DNA from: Patescibacteria group bacterium
GTDB lineage: Bacteria > Patescibacteriota > Microgenomatia > UBA8517
Reading direction: 5' to 3'
NCBI GenBank assembly: GCA_041742135.1
Contig: JBGSJG010000004.1
Span: 45,975 to 109,974 of the forward strand
DNA length: 64,000 nucleotides
Shown: in pieces, positions 19,203 through 28,250 of the stretch
Position numbering within the stretch: position 1 is the stretch's first letter
How the letters are laid out: every line of letters begins with the position of its first letter
Notes under the pieces: model-generated
Seen by the model: only the letters and a program-made list of their open reading frames with translations
The model's database searches: none
What the model was told of the DNA's origin: nothing
Program-made: the position numbers and the translations under genes

Positions 19203-20456
19203 CTATTGCCGATATTTTATTGCAGCTACAAAGTCGTCCTCAAAGGCATAAACATAGATGTATGGATCCGCATAGTTAATTTTTAGGTCAGTATCAGCGA
19301 ATGTCTTGAGGCCGAATATTTTAATTGGTTTGAGAGTTTTACTGTCAAAAGCGTAAAAGTTGGTCGTAAACCCTCCGCCGTAAATGACGTCTTTAAGAAA
19401 CACATCACCCGCGTCCGAAACGTGGTCTAACCGGTTGTTGGCTTGCCAGATTGTTTTGCCTGTATCACTATTAAGTGCGTAAAGTTTACTATTTTTATAG
19501 CTGTCAATGTATAAAATGTTGTTTTTGTGTCGCAATGTTGACACCCCACCCTCGATTTTCTGTGACCAAAGTGCGCCCCCGCTCTGAACATCGATTGCCA
19601 GAATCCTTGATGCTTTTGCCGCATAAAGTGTTTTATTTACAATTTCTGTCTGGATATCCTGAAATTCGTCGTCGCTCATGCTATGCGACCACTTTTCTTG
19701 CCCAGAAGGCAGATTATATCCTTTTACGGTTTTATCAAAAACCAATAATGTATTTTCAATAATGTCAAAAGTTGCATCACCTAGATTTTTGTAAACAGCA
19801 ATTAGTTTTCCGTTTTTGGCATTAAGAATATATATGTTTGATCTAACAGGAAGTGAGGTGTAAAGATCATCACAGTAGCCCAAGCCTGCCACATAATCTC
19901 CGAAAAGCCGAAAACCAATAGGGAAGCAGTCAACGCTTGGTATGGAGTATTTCCAGACAGTGTTGCCCCGAGCATCTTTTCGTGTCACAACAGTAGCGCT
20001 GCCCTCTTTTTTAACCGTTATTTCTTCCGTTTTGTATTCTTCTGGCTTCTGATCAACTCTTACCCCTGTTTGTTTTTCGATAGCAATTACTTCTGGTTTA
20101 TTGGTATAGATAAAAGCAAATTCACTGCTTGAATTAACATGTATTCCGCTTATGCCGTCGGCAAAGCTATCTTCCCACTTTTTTTGCCCGGATTTGGCGT
20201 CCAGTACTACCAACTTATTGCCTTGTATGGGTAGAAACAACAATCCTTGGTTGTAAGCCGGGAAGCCGGAGTTTTTTGCGATTGGAGCCTCAAGTTTAAT
20301 TTGCCATGCTTGCCAAGGCTTTTCAATTTCAATATCTTCAAACTTGATTGATTTTTGGTTTTGAAAGTTTAACGAAGTAGGACGGAAAAACAAAACACCT
20401 AACCCAAACAATAAAAAAATGATAAGAAAATGAGCAACACCGCTTTTGTGGGGCAT
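19203..20456 (-). CDS. PQQ-like beta-propeller repeat protein (BamB-like), membrane-anchored
   Basis: Start chosen at the ATG with a GGGT ribosome-binding site. N-terminal TM. Repeated ...G..W...... propeller blades. Confidence 0.55.
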   Translation of the reverse strand: MPHKSGVAHFLIIFLLFGLGVLFFRPTSLNFQNQKSIKFEDIEIEKPWQAWQIKLEAPIAKNSGFPAYNQGLLFLPIQGNKLVVLDAKSGQKKWEDSFADGISGIHVNSSSEFAFIYTNKPEVIAIEKQTGVRVDQKPEEYKTEEITVKKEGSATVVTRKDARGNTVWKYSIPSVDCFPIGFRLFGDYVAGLGYCDDLYTSLPVRSNIYILNAKNGKLIAVYKNLGDATFDIIENTLLVFDKTVKGYNLPSGQEKWSHSMSDDEFQDIQTEIVNKTLYAAKASRILAIDVQSGGALWSQKIEGGVSTLRHKNNILYIDSYKNSKLYALNSDTGKTIWQANNRLDHVSDAGDVFLKDVIYGGGFTTNFYAFDSKTLKPIKIFGLKTFADTDLKINYADPYIYVYAFEDDFVAAIKYRQ

Positions 20457-20487
20457 AACTACCCTAGTATAGTACAATTGTTTTGCC

Positions 20488-21510
20488 ATGAAATTATTCG
20501 GTCGTAGAAAAAAAGAAGAAGACGACGTAGAATCCAAAGAACCTAAGGATCTTGAGAGGCCCAAGCGCATTCGCAAAAAGAAAGAGGAGCCGCCAAAGCC
20601 TTGGGGACGCTCTGAGCGCTACTTGGTACTTGGCGTACTTGGAGTGACTGTTATAGGGGCTGCATTTTTAGCTCTTTCCGCGCGTGAATGGAAACTTCCT
20701 GGCCTGCCTCGTCTGGGGCTTCCTAAAGGCATGCTTGAGCAAAGCTATGTCTTGGAAGGTGAAGTACCCGCAAAGGACACGAGTCTTATTATCAGTGAGT
20801 TTAATCGTTTGACACAAGAGTTGTCAGGAGTATACGGCCTTTATGTGGCAAACCTAAACACCGACGCTACTTATGGCATAAATGAAGGAGAAGAGTTTGA
20901 AGCGGCTTCACTTATGAAGCTTCCCGTAATGGCAATGATGTATTCGATGCACGAAAATGGTGACATTGACTTGGATGATGTTTATTCGCTGAAGGATACG
21001 GATCGAGTTGGAGGGTCGGGGAGCATTGTTTATCAGCCTACGGGAACTGAATACTCCTATCGTGAGCTGGTTGATTACATGGGGCAACAATCTGACAACA
21101 CTGCTCTTCGCGCCTGTTTAAATTTACTGGGTGAGGGGAATGTAGAAAATTATATACAAAGCATTGGAATGACCAATACATCTTTTGCTGATAACTCAAC
21201 AACTCCGCGTGACATTGGATTGTTTTTTAAAAAGCTTTGGACCGCCAAGTTAGTCGAGAAGAAAAATCGTGACGCAATACTAAAGTCTTTGACAGATACG
21301 ATTTACGAAGACTGGATTCCACTTGGAATACCAGAAGTTCGCGTTGCTCATAAATTTGGCCGAGAGGTGCATGTGGTGAACGATGCTGGTATTGTCTTTG
21401 GCTCAGACCCTTTTGTTTTGGTAATTATGAGTAAAGGTGTTTTGGAAAAAGAAGCTGACGAATTTATTCCGGCGATGGCGTCGGTCGTGTACAATTTTGA
21501 GGCACGCTAG
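20488..21510 (+). CDS. class A beta-lactamase-like serine hydrolase, membrane-anchored, K-rich N-terminus
   Basis: SLMK (SxxK) and SDN motifs. HKFG approximates the KTG triad element. Confidence 0.55.
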   Translation: MKLFGRRKKEEDDVESKEPKDLERPKRIRKKKEEPPKPWGRSERYLVLGVLGVTVIGAAFLALSAREWKLPGLPRLGLPKGMLEQSYVLEGEVPAKDTSLIISEFNRLTQELSGVYGLYVANLNTDATYGINEGEEFEAASLMKLPVMAMMYSMHENGDIDLDDVYSLKDTDRVGGSGSIVYQPTGTEYSYRELVDYMGQQSDNTALRACLNLLGEGNVENYIQSIGMTNTSFADNSTTPRDIGLFFKKLWTAKLVEKKNRDAILKSLTDTIYEDWIPLGIPEVRVAHKFGREVHVVNDAGIVFGSDPFVLVIMSKGVLEKEADEFIPAMASVVYNFEAR

Positions 21511-23515
21511 ATTCTTCTAAAAACCATTCAGTTCGCCCACATACTTTTTTTTGTACCAAACCAGCGGGTATTTCCCAGGGATGATTACTCGCGTCGGCTA
21601 CTAAATTTGTCATTATTGAATTCCAAATTGGTGAAGCACCGGTGATTCCGGACGCCACTCGGCTCATGGGAGCATTGTTATTATTGCCCACCCAGACTGC
21701 CACTAGATAGTTTTGATTGTAGCCAACAGTAAGATTGTCGCGCAGATCATTGCTTGTTCCAGTTTTGACAGCGATTTCACGATGATTTGGAATTACAAGC
21801 GCAGAATGGCTCCCAAAAGCTGGGGAGCGTGCATCATTGTCGCGAAGAATATCAGTCAAGATAAAGGCGACTCTGGGGTCTAGGGCCTGGGTTTCTGTTG
21901 GCTTATGTGTGAATATTACTTTGTCTTCAGAGTTTTTTATTTCTTTTATTGCCGAAAATTCTGGACGGTTACCGCTATTGGCTAGGGTTGTATATACGCT
22001 TGAAAGCTCAAGAAGTGTCACTTCACCACCTCCAAGAGTTAGGGATAACCCGAACCGTGACGGGTCACTCCATGAATTAATTCCCATTTTTCGACCCATT
22101 TGAATCATGTTACTAACTCCAATTGAATTTAGTACACGAACGGCTGGAATATTTCTTGACTCGGCCAAGGCACTTCGAAGAGTTATCTTGCCACGATATT
22201 TATTGTCATAATTTTTGGGAACATATGGCTGTGTTCCCGCGGCTTCAAATTTGACAGGGCTATCATCAAGTAGCGTCATCGCTGTGAAGCCGTGCGACAA
22301 GGCGTAAGCGTAGTTAACAACTTTTATTGAAGACCCGGGCTGTCGCGGCATGAGGGTTACGTTCACGTTTCCGTCAATGTCTTGAGCAAAGTAATTTTTC
22401 GATCCAACCATCGCAAGAATTTCCCCTTTTTTTGGGTCTATCACCAAAGCTGCGCCGTTACCCACCTTTAGGTTTGTCAATTTATCAACTTCGCGGGCAA
22501 CTGCTTCTTCGGCCAAATTTTGAATATTTATGTCAAGAGTTGTGGTAACTTCGTAGCCTTTGGTAAAAATTTCTTCGCCATACATTTTTACTAAAAGTTC
22601 TCGAACATAAAATACAAAATGTGGAGCTTTAATATCGGTTGTGTGAGGGACAACCTCGACATGTTCTGTCATTGCCTCGTCATATCGTGGTCCGGAAATA
22701 TACCCTTCGTTTTTCATGAGTCCCAAGACTTCATCTTTTCGTTTTTGGGCCAAATCTGGATCTGTGCCGTGTGGGGAAAGCAGACTTGGGCTTTTGGGAA
22801 GGCCAGCTAAAAGAGCGGCTTGGGCAAGGCTGAGCTCGTTTATAGGCTTATTAAAATAATATTGTGACGCTTCGGCAATTCCGTAGGCCGTTCCGCCATA
22901 ACTTACTTCGTTTAGGTACATTTCAAGTATTTCATCTTTTGAGTATTTTTGCTCCACCGCGATCGCAATTAAAACCTCACGGACTTTTCGCCACAAGGTC
23001 TTTTCAGGCGACAGAAGGGCATTTTTAACCAATTGCTGTGTAATTGTCGATCCGCTAGTTATTCTGCCGTCTTTGGCAAATTTTATTATCGCCCTCCCCA
23101 TACCTTTTATGGAAAACCCGGGATGATTGTAAAATTCTGCGTCTTCAGCGGCTAGTGTCGCAAGCCGTACATGCAGAGGAACATCCGCGAGGTGCACTAG
23201 TGTTCTGTCTTTGTCTTTAAAAAGTTTGTATAGAAGAACTCCATTTTTGTCGTAAATTTTTGTTGTAACATCGATGTTTCTTTTCGAAAGCTCATCAGGG
23301 CGAGGAAGACTGCGCATAAAAAAATTCCAAAAAAAAGCTACAGACAAATAAAATATCAAGATGGAAAGGATAAGAGAGAGGGTGATTTTTGGAAGTACTC
23401 CACGCAAAGAAATTTGTGATATAGCAAACACTATAAGAGATATCCCTACGAACCCAAAATATAATGGAAGCCCGATAATACGGAATATTTTCGCAATAAC
23501 GTTTCTAGGACCCAC
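21464..23515 (-). CDS. class A penicillin-binding protein (glycosyltransferase GT51 + transpeptidase)
   Basis: EDAEFYNHPGFS GT51 motif. Transpeptidase SxxK/SxN region. N-terminal TM. Confidence 0.85.
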   Translation of the reverse strand: MGPRNVIAKIFRIIGLPLYFGFVGISLIVFAISQISLRGVLPKITLSLILSILIFYLSVAFFWNFFMRSLPRPDELSKRNIDVTTKIYDKNGVLLYKLFKDKDRTLVHLADVPLHVRLATLAAEDAEFYNHPGFSIKGMGRAIIKFAKDGRITSGSTITQQLVKNALLSPEKTLWRKVREVLIAIAVEQKYSKDEILEMYLNEVSYGGTAYGIAEASQYYFNKPINELSLAQAALLAGLPKSPSLLSPHGTDPDLAQKRKDEVLGLMKNEGYISGPRYDEAMTEHVEVVPHTTDIKAPHFVFYVRELLVKMYGEEIFTKGYEVTTTLDINIQNLAEEAVAREVDKLTNLKVGNGAALVIDPKKGEILAMVGSKNYFAQDIDGNVNVTLMPRQPGSSIKVVNYAYALSHGFTAMTLLDDSPVKFEAAGTQPYVPKNYDNKYRGKITLRSALAESRNIPAVRVLNSIGVSNMIQMGRKMGINSWSDPSRFGLSLTLGGGEVTLLELSSVYTTLANSGNRPEFSAIKEIKNSEDKVIFTHKPTETQALDPRVAFILTDILRDNDARSPAFGSHSALVIPNHREIAVKTGTSNDLRDNLTVGYNQNYLVAVWVGNNNNAPMSRVASGITGASPIWNSIMTNLVADASNHPWEIPAGLVQKKVCGRTEWFLEESSVPQNCTRPTPSPE

Positions 23516-23543
23516 TTTAATAATATTATCAAAAACCCTATAG

Positions 23544-25838
23544 TCAGTGAAGAGGATATTTTACTGAAACTTGTAGCATTGGGCCTGTGCAATCAAGGCA
23601 TATAACCGTCTCTAGTGGATCGCGGATTATCAAATGGCTTTCGGGATGTACCTGCTCTGGAAGAGCTTCGGCGTTGGCAAGGTTTCCAGTATCGTTAAAA
23701 ACCAGTACGTCTTGGCGAATAGCACTGCCTTCAGGTACAGTGTCAGCCAGATAGTACTCAAACCGAGTAGGGCAATCGTGAGTAGCATCGTTGGGTATGG
23801 CGCCAGTTGTGGCACAAACACTTGCCCCCACAACGTCGCTCGGTTGTTTTGGCCAAGCATGGCCTTTTTCTTCGGAAGAGTAGTAACCGCTCTCGGCTTT
23901 GCTTAAAACTTCTTTCATAATTTTATTCCATATAGGTGATGCTCCTGAAACGCCGGATACCGCGCCTCCCATGGGGGAGTTATCATTGTTTCCCACCCAA
24001 ATTAATGTAAGCGCTTGCTCGGTATAGCCAATTGTCCAGTTGTCACGCCCGTCGTTTGTGGTACCTGTTTTGACGGAAACTTCTGGGTGGCCGGAAACTA
24101 CCAAGTAGGAGCTGCCTCCAAAAGCAGCACTTCTGGCATTATTATCGTGGAGAATATGCGAGATAATAAATGCCGGACCGGGATCCATGACACGATCTCC
24201 TTCAATATCGGCATTGGGCTTTTTTTCATAAAGAACTTGGCCTTTCCAGTCTGTGATCTTAATGAAAGCTGAGAATTCCTTTTTGACTCCCTGATTAGCG
24301 AGGGTTGAGAAAGCCTGCGCCATGTCAATTGGGCGCACCTCGCCACCACCTAAGGTCAAAGAAAGACCATAATCAGAAGTGTTGTTAAACGTTGTAATAC
24401 CCATTTTTCCAGCAAAGTCTATGAACTCTTTGAGACCATTTAGGGCTAAAACGCGGACCGCTGGGATATTGTATGAGTTGCCAAGAGCGAACCTAGTTTG
24501 AGTCGCACCATGGAAGCTTCCATCGTAATTTTTGGGGCAATAAGCGGCTTGGCCTAAAACATTAAAACATGTAGGAATATCAGCTAGGGGAGTGCTTGCA
24601 GTAATTGTTTTGTTTTGGATCGCAAGAGCATAGTTTAAAGGTTTGATTGAAGATCCTGGTTGGCGAAGAGCAAAAATAATATTTACCTTACCGTCTTCAT
24701 CTTGGGCAAAATAGTCTTTCGAGCCGACCATGGCGAGGATTTCGCCTGTATTGGGCTTGACCACAAGAGCTGCTCCATTGCCCACTTTAAGTTCCGAAAG
24801 CTTGTCAACTTCGGCAAAAACAGCTTCTTGAGCGTGCTCTTGTAACTCCAAATCCAAAGTAGTTGTAACTCGCAAGCCCCCTTGCTCCACGACAGCCTCA
24901 CCGTACTCTTCGGCCAATTGCTCTTTTATCCACAGCACGAAGTGGGGTGCTTTGAGGGAAGTTGGCTCGGCATAGACAATCTCTGAATCGCGAGCCGCAT
25001 CTGCTTCTTCCTGGCTAATGTGGCCATCCTCGACCATTCGGGCTAGTACGGTTTTTTGCCGATCACGCGCAAGCTCTGGGCGCGAACCAAAAGGCGAGTA
25101 TCTACTCGGAGCTGCTGGGAGGCCAGCCAATAGCGTGGCCTCAGAAAGTGTTAAGTCTTTTGCCTTTTTACCAAAATACATCTCACTTGCAGCCTCGATC
25201 CCGTACGAGGTCGAGCCGTAAGGAATTTGATTTAAATACATACTTAATATCTCGTCTTTGGAGTATCTTGCCTCGACAATAAGAGCCAAGACAAACTCGC
25301 GGATTTTGCGCCTTACAGTGCGCTCTGGGGACAAAAGTGTGTTTTTGACAAGCTGTTGGGTGAGTGTTGAGCCACCCTCTAGCTTTTGCCTAAAAAGATT
25401 TTTATATAGTGCTCGAGCCATACCTGTCACCGAAAAACCGGGGTGCTTATAAAAATCTTTATCTTCGATTGATATTGTGGCGTCTACAACATAGTCGGGA
25501 AGCTCCGAAATGTCGATTGGCGAGCGGCGCTTGTCAGCAAATATTTCATAAACAAGCTCTCCATTGCGGTCAAAAATCTTTGTAGATACTGGTTCTTGTT
25601 CTTTAAAAAGTCCCGCTATTGGAAGCCCCCAAAAGACCCAAACACCAAAGCCTCCGAGTAAAACACTCATAAGTACTATTGGGATAGCGATTTTTTTGGA
25701 AACTTTTAGCTTTCTCGGAAGCTTAAACTTAAGCCTAGGCACGCTGAGTTGTTTTCTTGGTTTTGCTTTCTTGGTTACTTTGACAATTTGCTTGTCTCGG
25801 GCCAGCTTTTTAGATAGTTTTTTTGCACTTTTTGCCAT
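23544..25838 (-). CDS. class A penicillin-binding protein paralog with C-terminal extension
   Basis: EDKDFYKHPGFS GT51 motif. Transpeptidase domain. K-rich N-terminus plus TM. Confidence 0.85.
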   Translation of the reverse strand: MAKSAKKLSKKLARDKQIVKVTKKAKPRKQLSVPRLKFKLPRKLKVSKKIAIPIVLMSVLLGGFGVWVFWGLPIAGLFKEQEPVSTKIFDRNGELVYEIFADKRRSPIDISELPDYVVDATISIEDKDFYKHPGFSVTGMARALYKNLFRQKLEGGSTLTQQLVKNTLLSPERTVRRKIREFVLALIVEARYSKDEILSMYLNQIPYGSTSYGIEAASEMYFGKKAKDLTLSEATLLAGLPAAPSRYSPFGSRPELARDRQKTVLARMVEDGHISQEEADAARDSEIVYAEPTSLKAPHFVLWIKEQLAEEYGEAVVEQGGLRVTTTLDLELQEHAQEAVFAEVDKLSELKVGNGAALVVKPNTGEILAMVGSKDYFAQDEDGKVNIIFALRQPGSSIKPLNYALAIQNKTITASTPLADIPTCFNVLGQAAYCPKNYDGSFHGATQTRFALGNSYNIPAVRVLALNGLKEFIDFAGKMGITTFNNTSDYGLSLTLGGGEVRPIDMAQAFSTLANQGVKKEFSAFIKITDWKGQVLYEKKPNADIEGDRVMDPGPAFIISHILHDNNARSAAFGGSSYLVVSGHPEVSVKTGTTNDGRDNWTIGYTEQALTLIWVGNNDNSPMGGAVSGVSGASPIWNKIMKEVLSKAESGYYSSEEKGHAWPKQPSDVVGASVCATTGAIPNDATHDCPTRFEYYLADTVPEGSAIRQDVLVFNDTGNLANAEALPEQVHPESHLIIRDPLETVICLDCTGPMLQVSVKYPLH

Positions 25839-25866
25839 GCTTCAAATTATACCCTAAAATGGAAAG

Positions 25867-26373
25867 GTGAAGATAAAGTCTAAGCCTTGGTGGAATTATT
25901 TAGAGGATGATTTGAAAGAGTCGCTGGAGCTGTCGTTTTATTTGGCAACGCGCTCAAGCGAGTGGAGTAAAAAGTTTTACGATTATTCATTTATAGTCTT
26001 TCCTGCGGCAAAAGCGTATGAAGGTTTTTTGAAAAAATTGTTTTACGATATGGATCTTATATCAAAAGAAGATTATTTTGGTAAACATTTTAGGATCGGC
26101 AAAGCCTTAAATCCGGAGCTTGAAGAGCGATTCAAAGCAGAGGGTTGGGTTTATGGCCGCTTAAGCCAATTTTGCGGTGGTGACAACTTGCCGGAAACTC
26201 TGTGGCAGACATGGAAGCAATCAAGAAATCTTCTTTTTCATTGGTTTCCGAACGAAAAAAATACAGTAAGCCACAACGAGGCAGTCGAGAGGCTTTTGAC
26301 CATAACCAATGCAATAGATACAGTTTACTCGGTATGTCCTGTACAATTAAACAAAGGTAAGTATGGGCAGTAA
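25867..26373 (+). CDS. hypothetical protein, possible HEPN-like (RNxxxH)
   Basis: SRNLLFHWF fits the HEPN R-[N]-x3-H motif. No other recognisable domain. Confidence 0.3.
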   Translation: MKIKSKPWWNYLEDDLKESLELSFYLATRSSEWSKKFYDYSFIVFPAAKAYEGFLKKLFYDMDLISKEDYFGKHFRIGKALNPELEERFKAEGWVYGRLSQFCGGDNLPETLWQTWKQSRNLLFHWFPNEKNTVSHNEAVERLLTITNAIDTVYSVCPVQLNKGKYGQ

Positions 26374-27022
26374 AAGTCAGCCAAATCTTTTTCATTTAAA
26401 GCACGCGTTAGTTTTTTATACATATTTGTTTATTGTATGGGGTTTTTATCGGCTTTTGTTTCAAGCTCCTGTTGCCATCGAAGAACTTTTGGTTAAGCCA
26501 GTAGTGTGGCTCGTTCCTCTTATATATTTACTGCGCGTTGAGCGCGCGAGCTTGGCAAGCATTGGGGTTGTTTTTAATAATTTCTTCAAAGTCATTTATT
26601 TTGTCCTTGGTCTTGGGTTTGTGTTTAGTATTTTTGCGCTGCTTGTGAATTTTCTTAAATATAATAATTTGAACTTTGGAGCAAATCTCGGTGAAGTCAG
26701 CTTTGGTTTGGCTATTGGGCTTTCTTTTATTACGGCCGTTACCGAAGAAATTACCTTTAGGGGATACATGCTCACTCGCCTTATGACATTTGTAAAAAAC
26801 CAAACTCAAGCAACTGTGATAATCAGCTTAGGTTGGACCCTGGTACATTTGCCAATTGCGATTTTTGATTGGAAGCTGGATGTTATCCCGCTTTTAGTTT
26901 ACGTTGTGGTGATTTTTCTGTTTTCAGCCGGGACAACTTATGTATTTCTGAAAACCCGTAACATTATCGCCCCGATTCTTCTTCATGTTTTATGGCAATG
27001 GCCAATTATTTTGTTCAGGTAG
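26363..27022 (+). CDS. CPBP family intramembrane metalloprotease (CAAX protease/Abi)
   Basis: TAVTEEITFRGY (EExxxR motif). Multi-TM. Overlaps the preceding ORF by 11 nt. Confidence 0.7.
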   Translation: MGSKSQPNLFHLKHALVFYTYLFIVWGFYRLLFQAPVAIEELLVKPVVWLVPLIYLLRVERASLASIGVVFNNFFKVIYFVLGLGFVFSIFALLVNFLKYNNLNFGANLGEVSFGLAIGLSFITAVTEEITFRGYMLTRLMTFVKNQTQATVIISLGWTLVHLPIAIFDWKLDVIPLLVYVVVIFLFSAGTTYVFLKTRNIIAPILLHVLWQWPIILFR

Positions 27023-27092
27023 CACGAATAATCCCCGAAACGTTGACATAAAACGCTGCCGCCGTTACGATAGTAACTACCCAATGCGAAAT

Positions 27093-27686
27093 AAGTTGGC
27101 CCTGCTGCCTAGTCTTTTAGTCGCCTTCATAGTTTTGTTTATTTCTATATATAAAACAGCTTCCGTTAAATACGTCTTTAGCCAAGAGCCTTCACCCACC
27201 CCCGCAAATTCTGTCGTGAATGTTGATTATCCACTTCCCAGTCCCGTGATGACGCCTGAGAATTTTTTGTGGCCTGCACATGCATTCGCGGATCGACTGC
27301 ACGCTTCAGTTGCAACCAGTGAAATTGAGAGGGCGGAACTTCTACTGGGAGACGCAGACAATCGGCTGGTCTCAGGGCGCGATATGTACAATCGAGGAAA
27401 GATTGAAGAAAGTTTTGTTGTTTTGGCCAAGGCAGAAGGTTATTTATTTCAAAGCTTAGAAATGGCGATTTTAAGCGAGCAAGTGGAAGAAAAAGAACTA
27501 TTTTTGGCCCATCTCGCTATAGCATCGCTTAAGCATCGAGAAATTCTAGAGACAATACTCATTACTTCGCCTGAAGATGGTCGTGCAGTGATGTCGCGTT
27601 TACTGGACACTCCCAAGCTAGTTTATGAATTGTCTTCTGGCGAGCTTCGCAACAACGGCCTCACAGCACCCTCAAACCCTTTTTAA
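27093..27686 (+). CDS. secreted hypothetical protein
   Basis: Start moved to the ATG giving a signal or TM N-terminus (MRNKLALLPSLLVAFIVLFISIY). Confidence 0.4.
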   Translation, partial: KLALLPSLLVAFIVLFISIYKTASVKYVFSQEPSPTPANSVVNVDYPLPSPVMTPENFLWPAHAFADRLHASVATSEIERAELLLGDADNRLVSGRDMYNRGKIEESFVVLAKAEGYLFQSLEMAILSEQVEEKELFLAHLAIASLKHREILETILITSPEDGRAVMSRLLDTPKLVYELSSGELRNNGLTAPSNPF

Positions 27687-27806
27687 AACTGACATCTTCT
27701 GATACATTTATTAATGGTTGACAATGCATATGTAGTGGTGTTTGATGGAGACTACTACTGTCCATGGTGATTTTGAGTTTCACGAATGAAAAGCTGAAGG
27801 AGTTAA

Positions 27807-28250
27807 ATGAAATGTCCGTTTTGCACAAATTCAAGTTCACAAGTGCTGGAGTCCAGAACAGTAGAAGAGGGTAAAGCAATACGCAGGAGGCGCGAATGCG
27901 AACACTGCGGTAAACGATTTACTACTTACGAAAGGACAAAAAGTAGTGTACTTTGGATTATCAAAAAGGATGGGAAACGCGAACCTTTTGATAAAGACAA
28001 AGTAAGACGAGGGATTTTGAGGGCTATCGAGAAGCGTCCGGTGTCACTCGACTTAGTCGAGGACATTGTTTCTGATCTCGAGCGGGAGATGCTTAAAAAA
28101 GAGAGAGCCGAGATTCCTTCGAAAGTGATTGGTAGGGCGATTATGAGGAGGCTTAAGCGGATTGATAAGGTTGCATGGCTCAGGTTCGCAAGTGTATATT
28201 TGGAGTTTGAAGATGTAAGTGATTTTGAAAAAGCAATCAATAAAATATGA
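27807..28250 (+). CDS. nrdR: transcriptional repressor NrdR
   Basis: MKCPFCTNSSSQVLESR...CEHCGKRFTTYE zinc ribbon plus ATP-cone. Confidence 0.9.
   Translation: MKCPFCTNSSSQVLESRTVEEGKAIRRRRECEHCGKRFTTYERTKSSVLWIIKKDGKREPFDKDKVRRGILRAIEKRPVSLDLVEDIVSDLEREMLKKERAEIPSKVIGRAIMRRLKRIDKVAWLRFASVYLEFEDVSDFEKAINKI

Noticed and set aside
27687-27806. NrdR box upstream of nrdR
   Set aside because: The best candidate, ACAATGCATATGTAGT, matches the acaCwAtATaTwGtgt consensus at only about 10 of 16 positions and has no tandem partner. Not reported as a feature.
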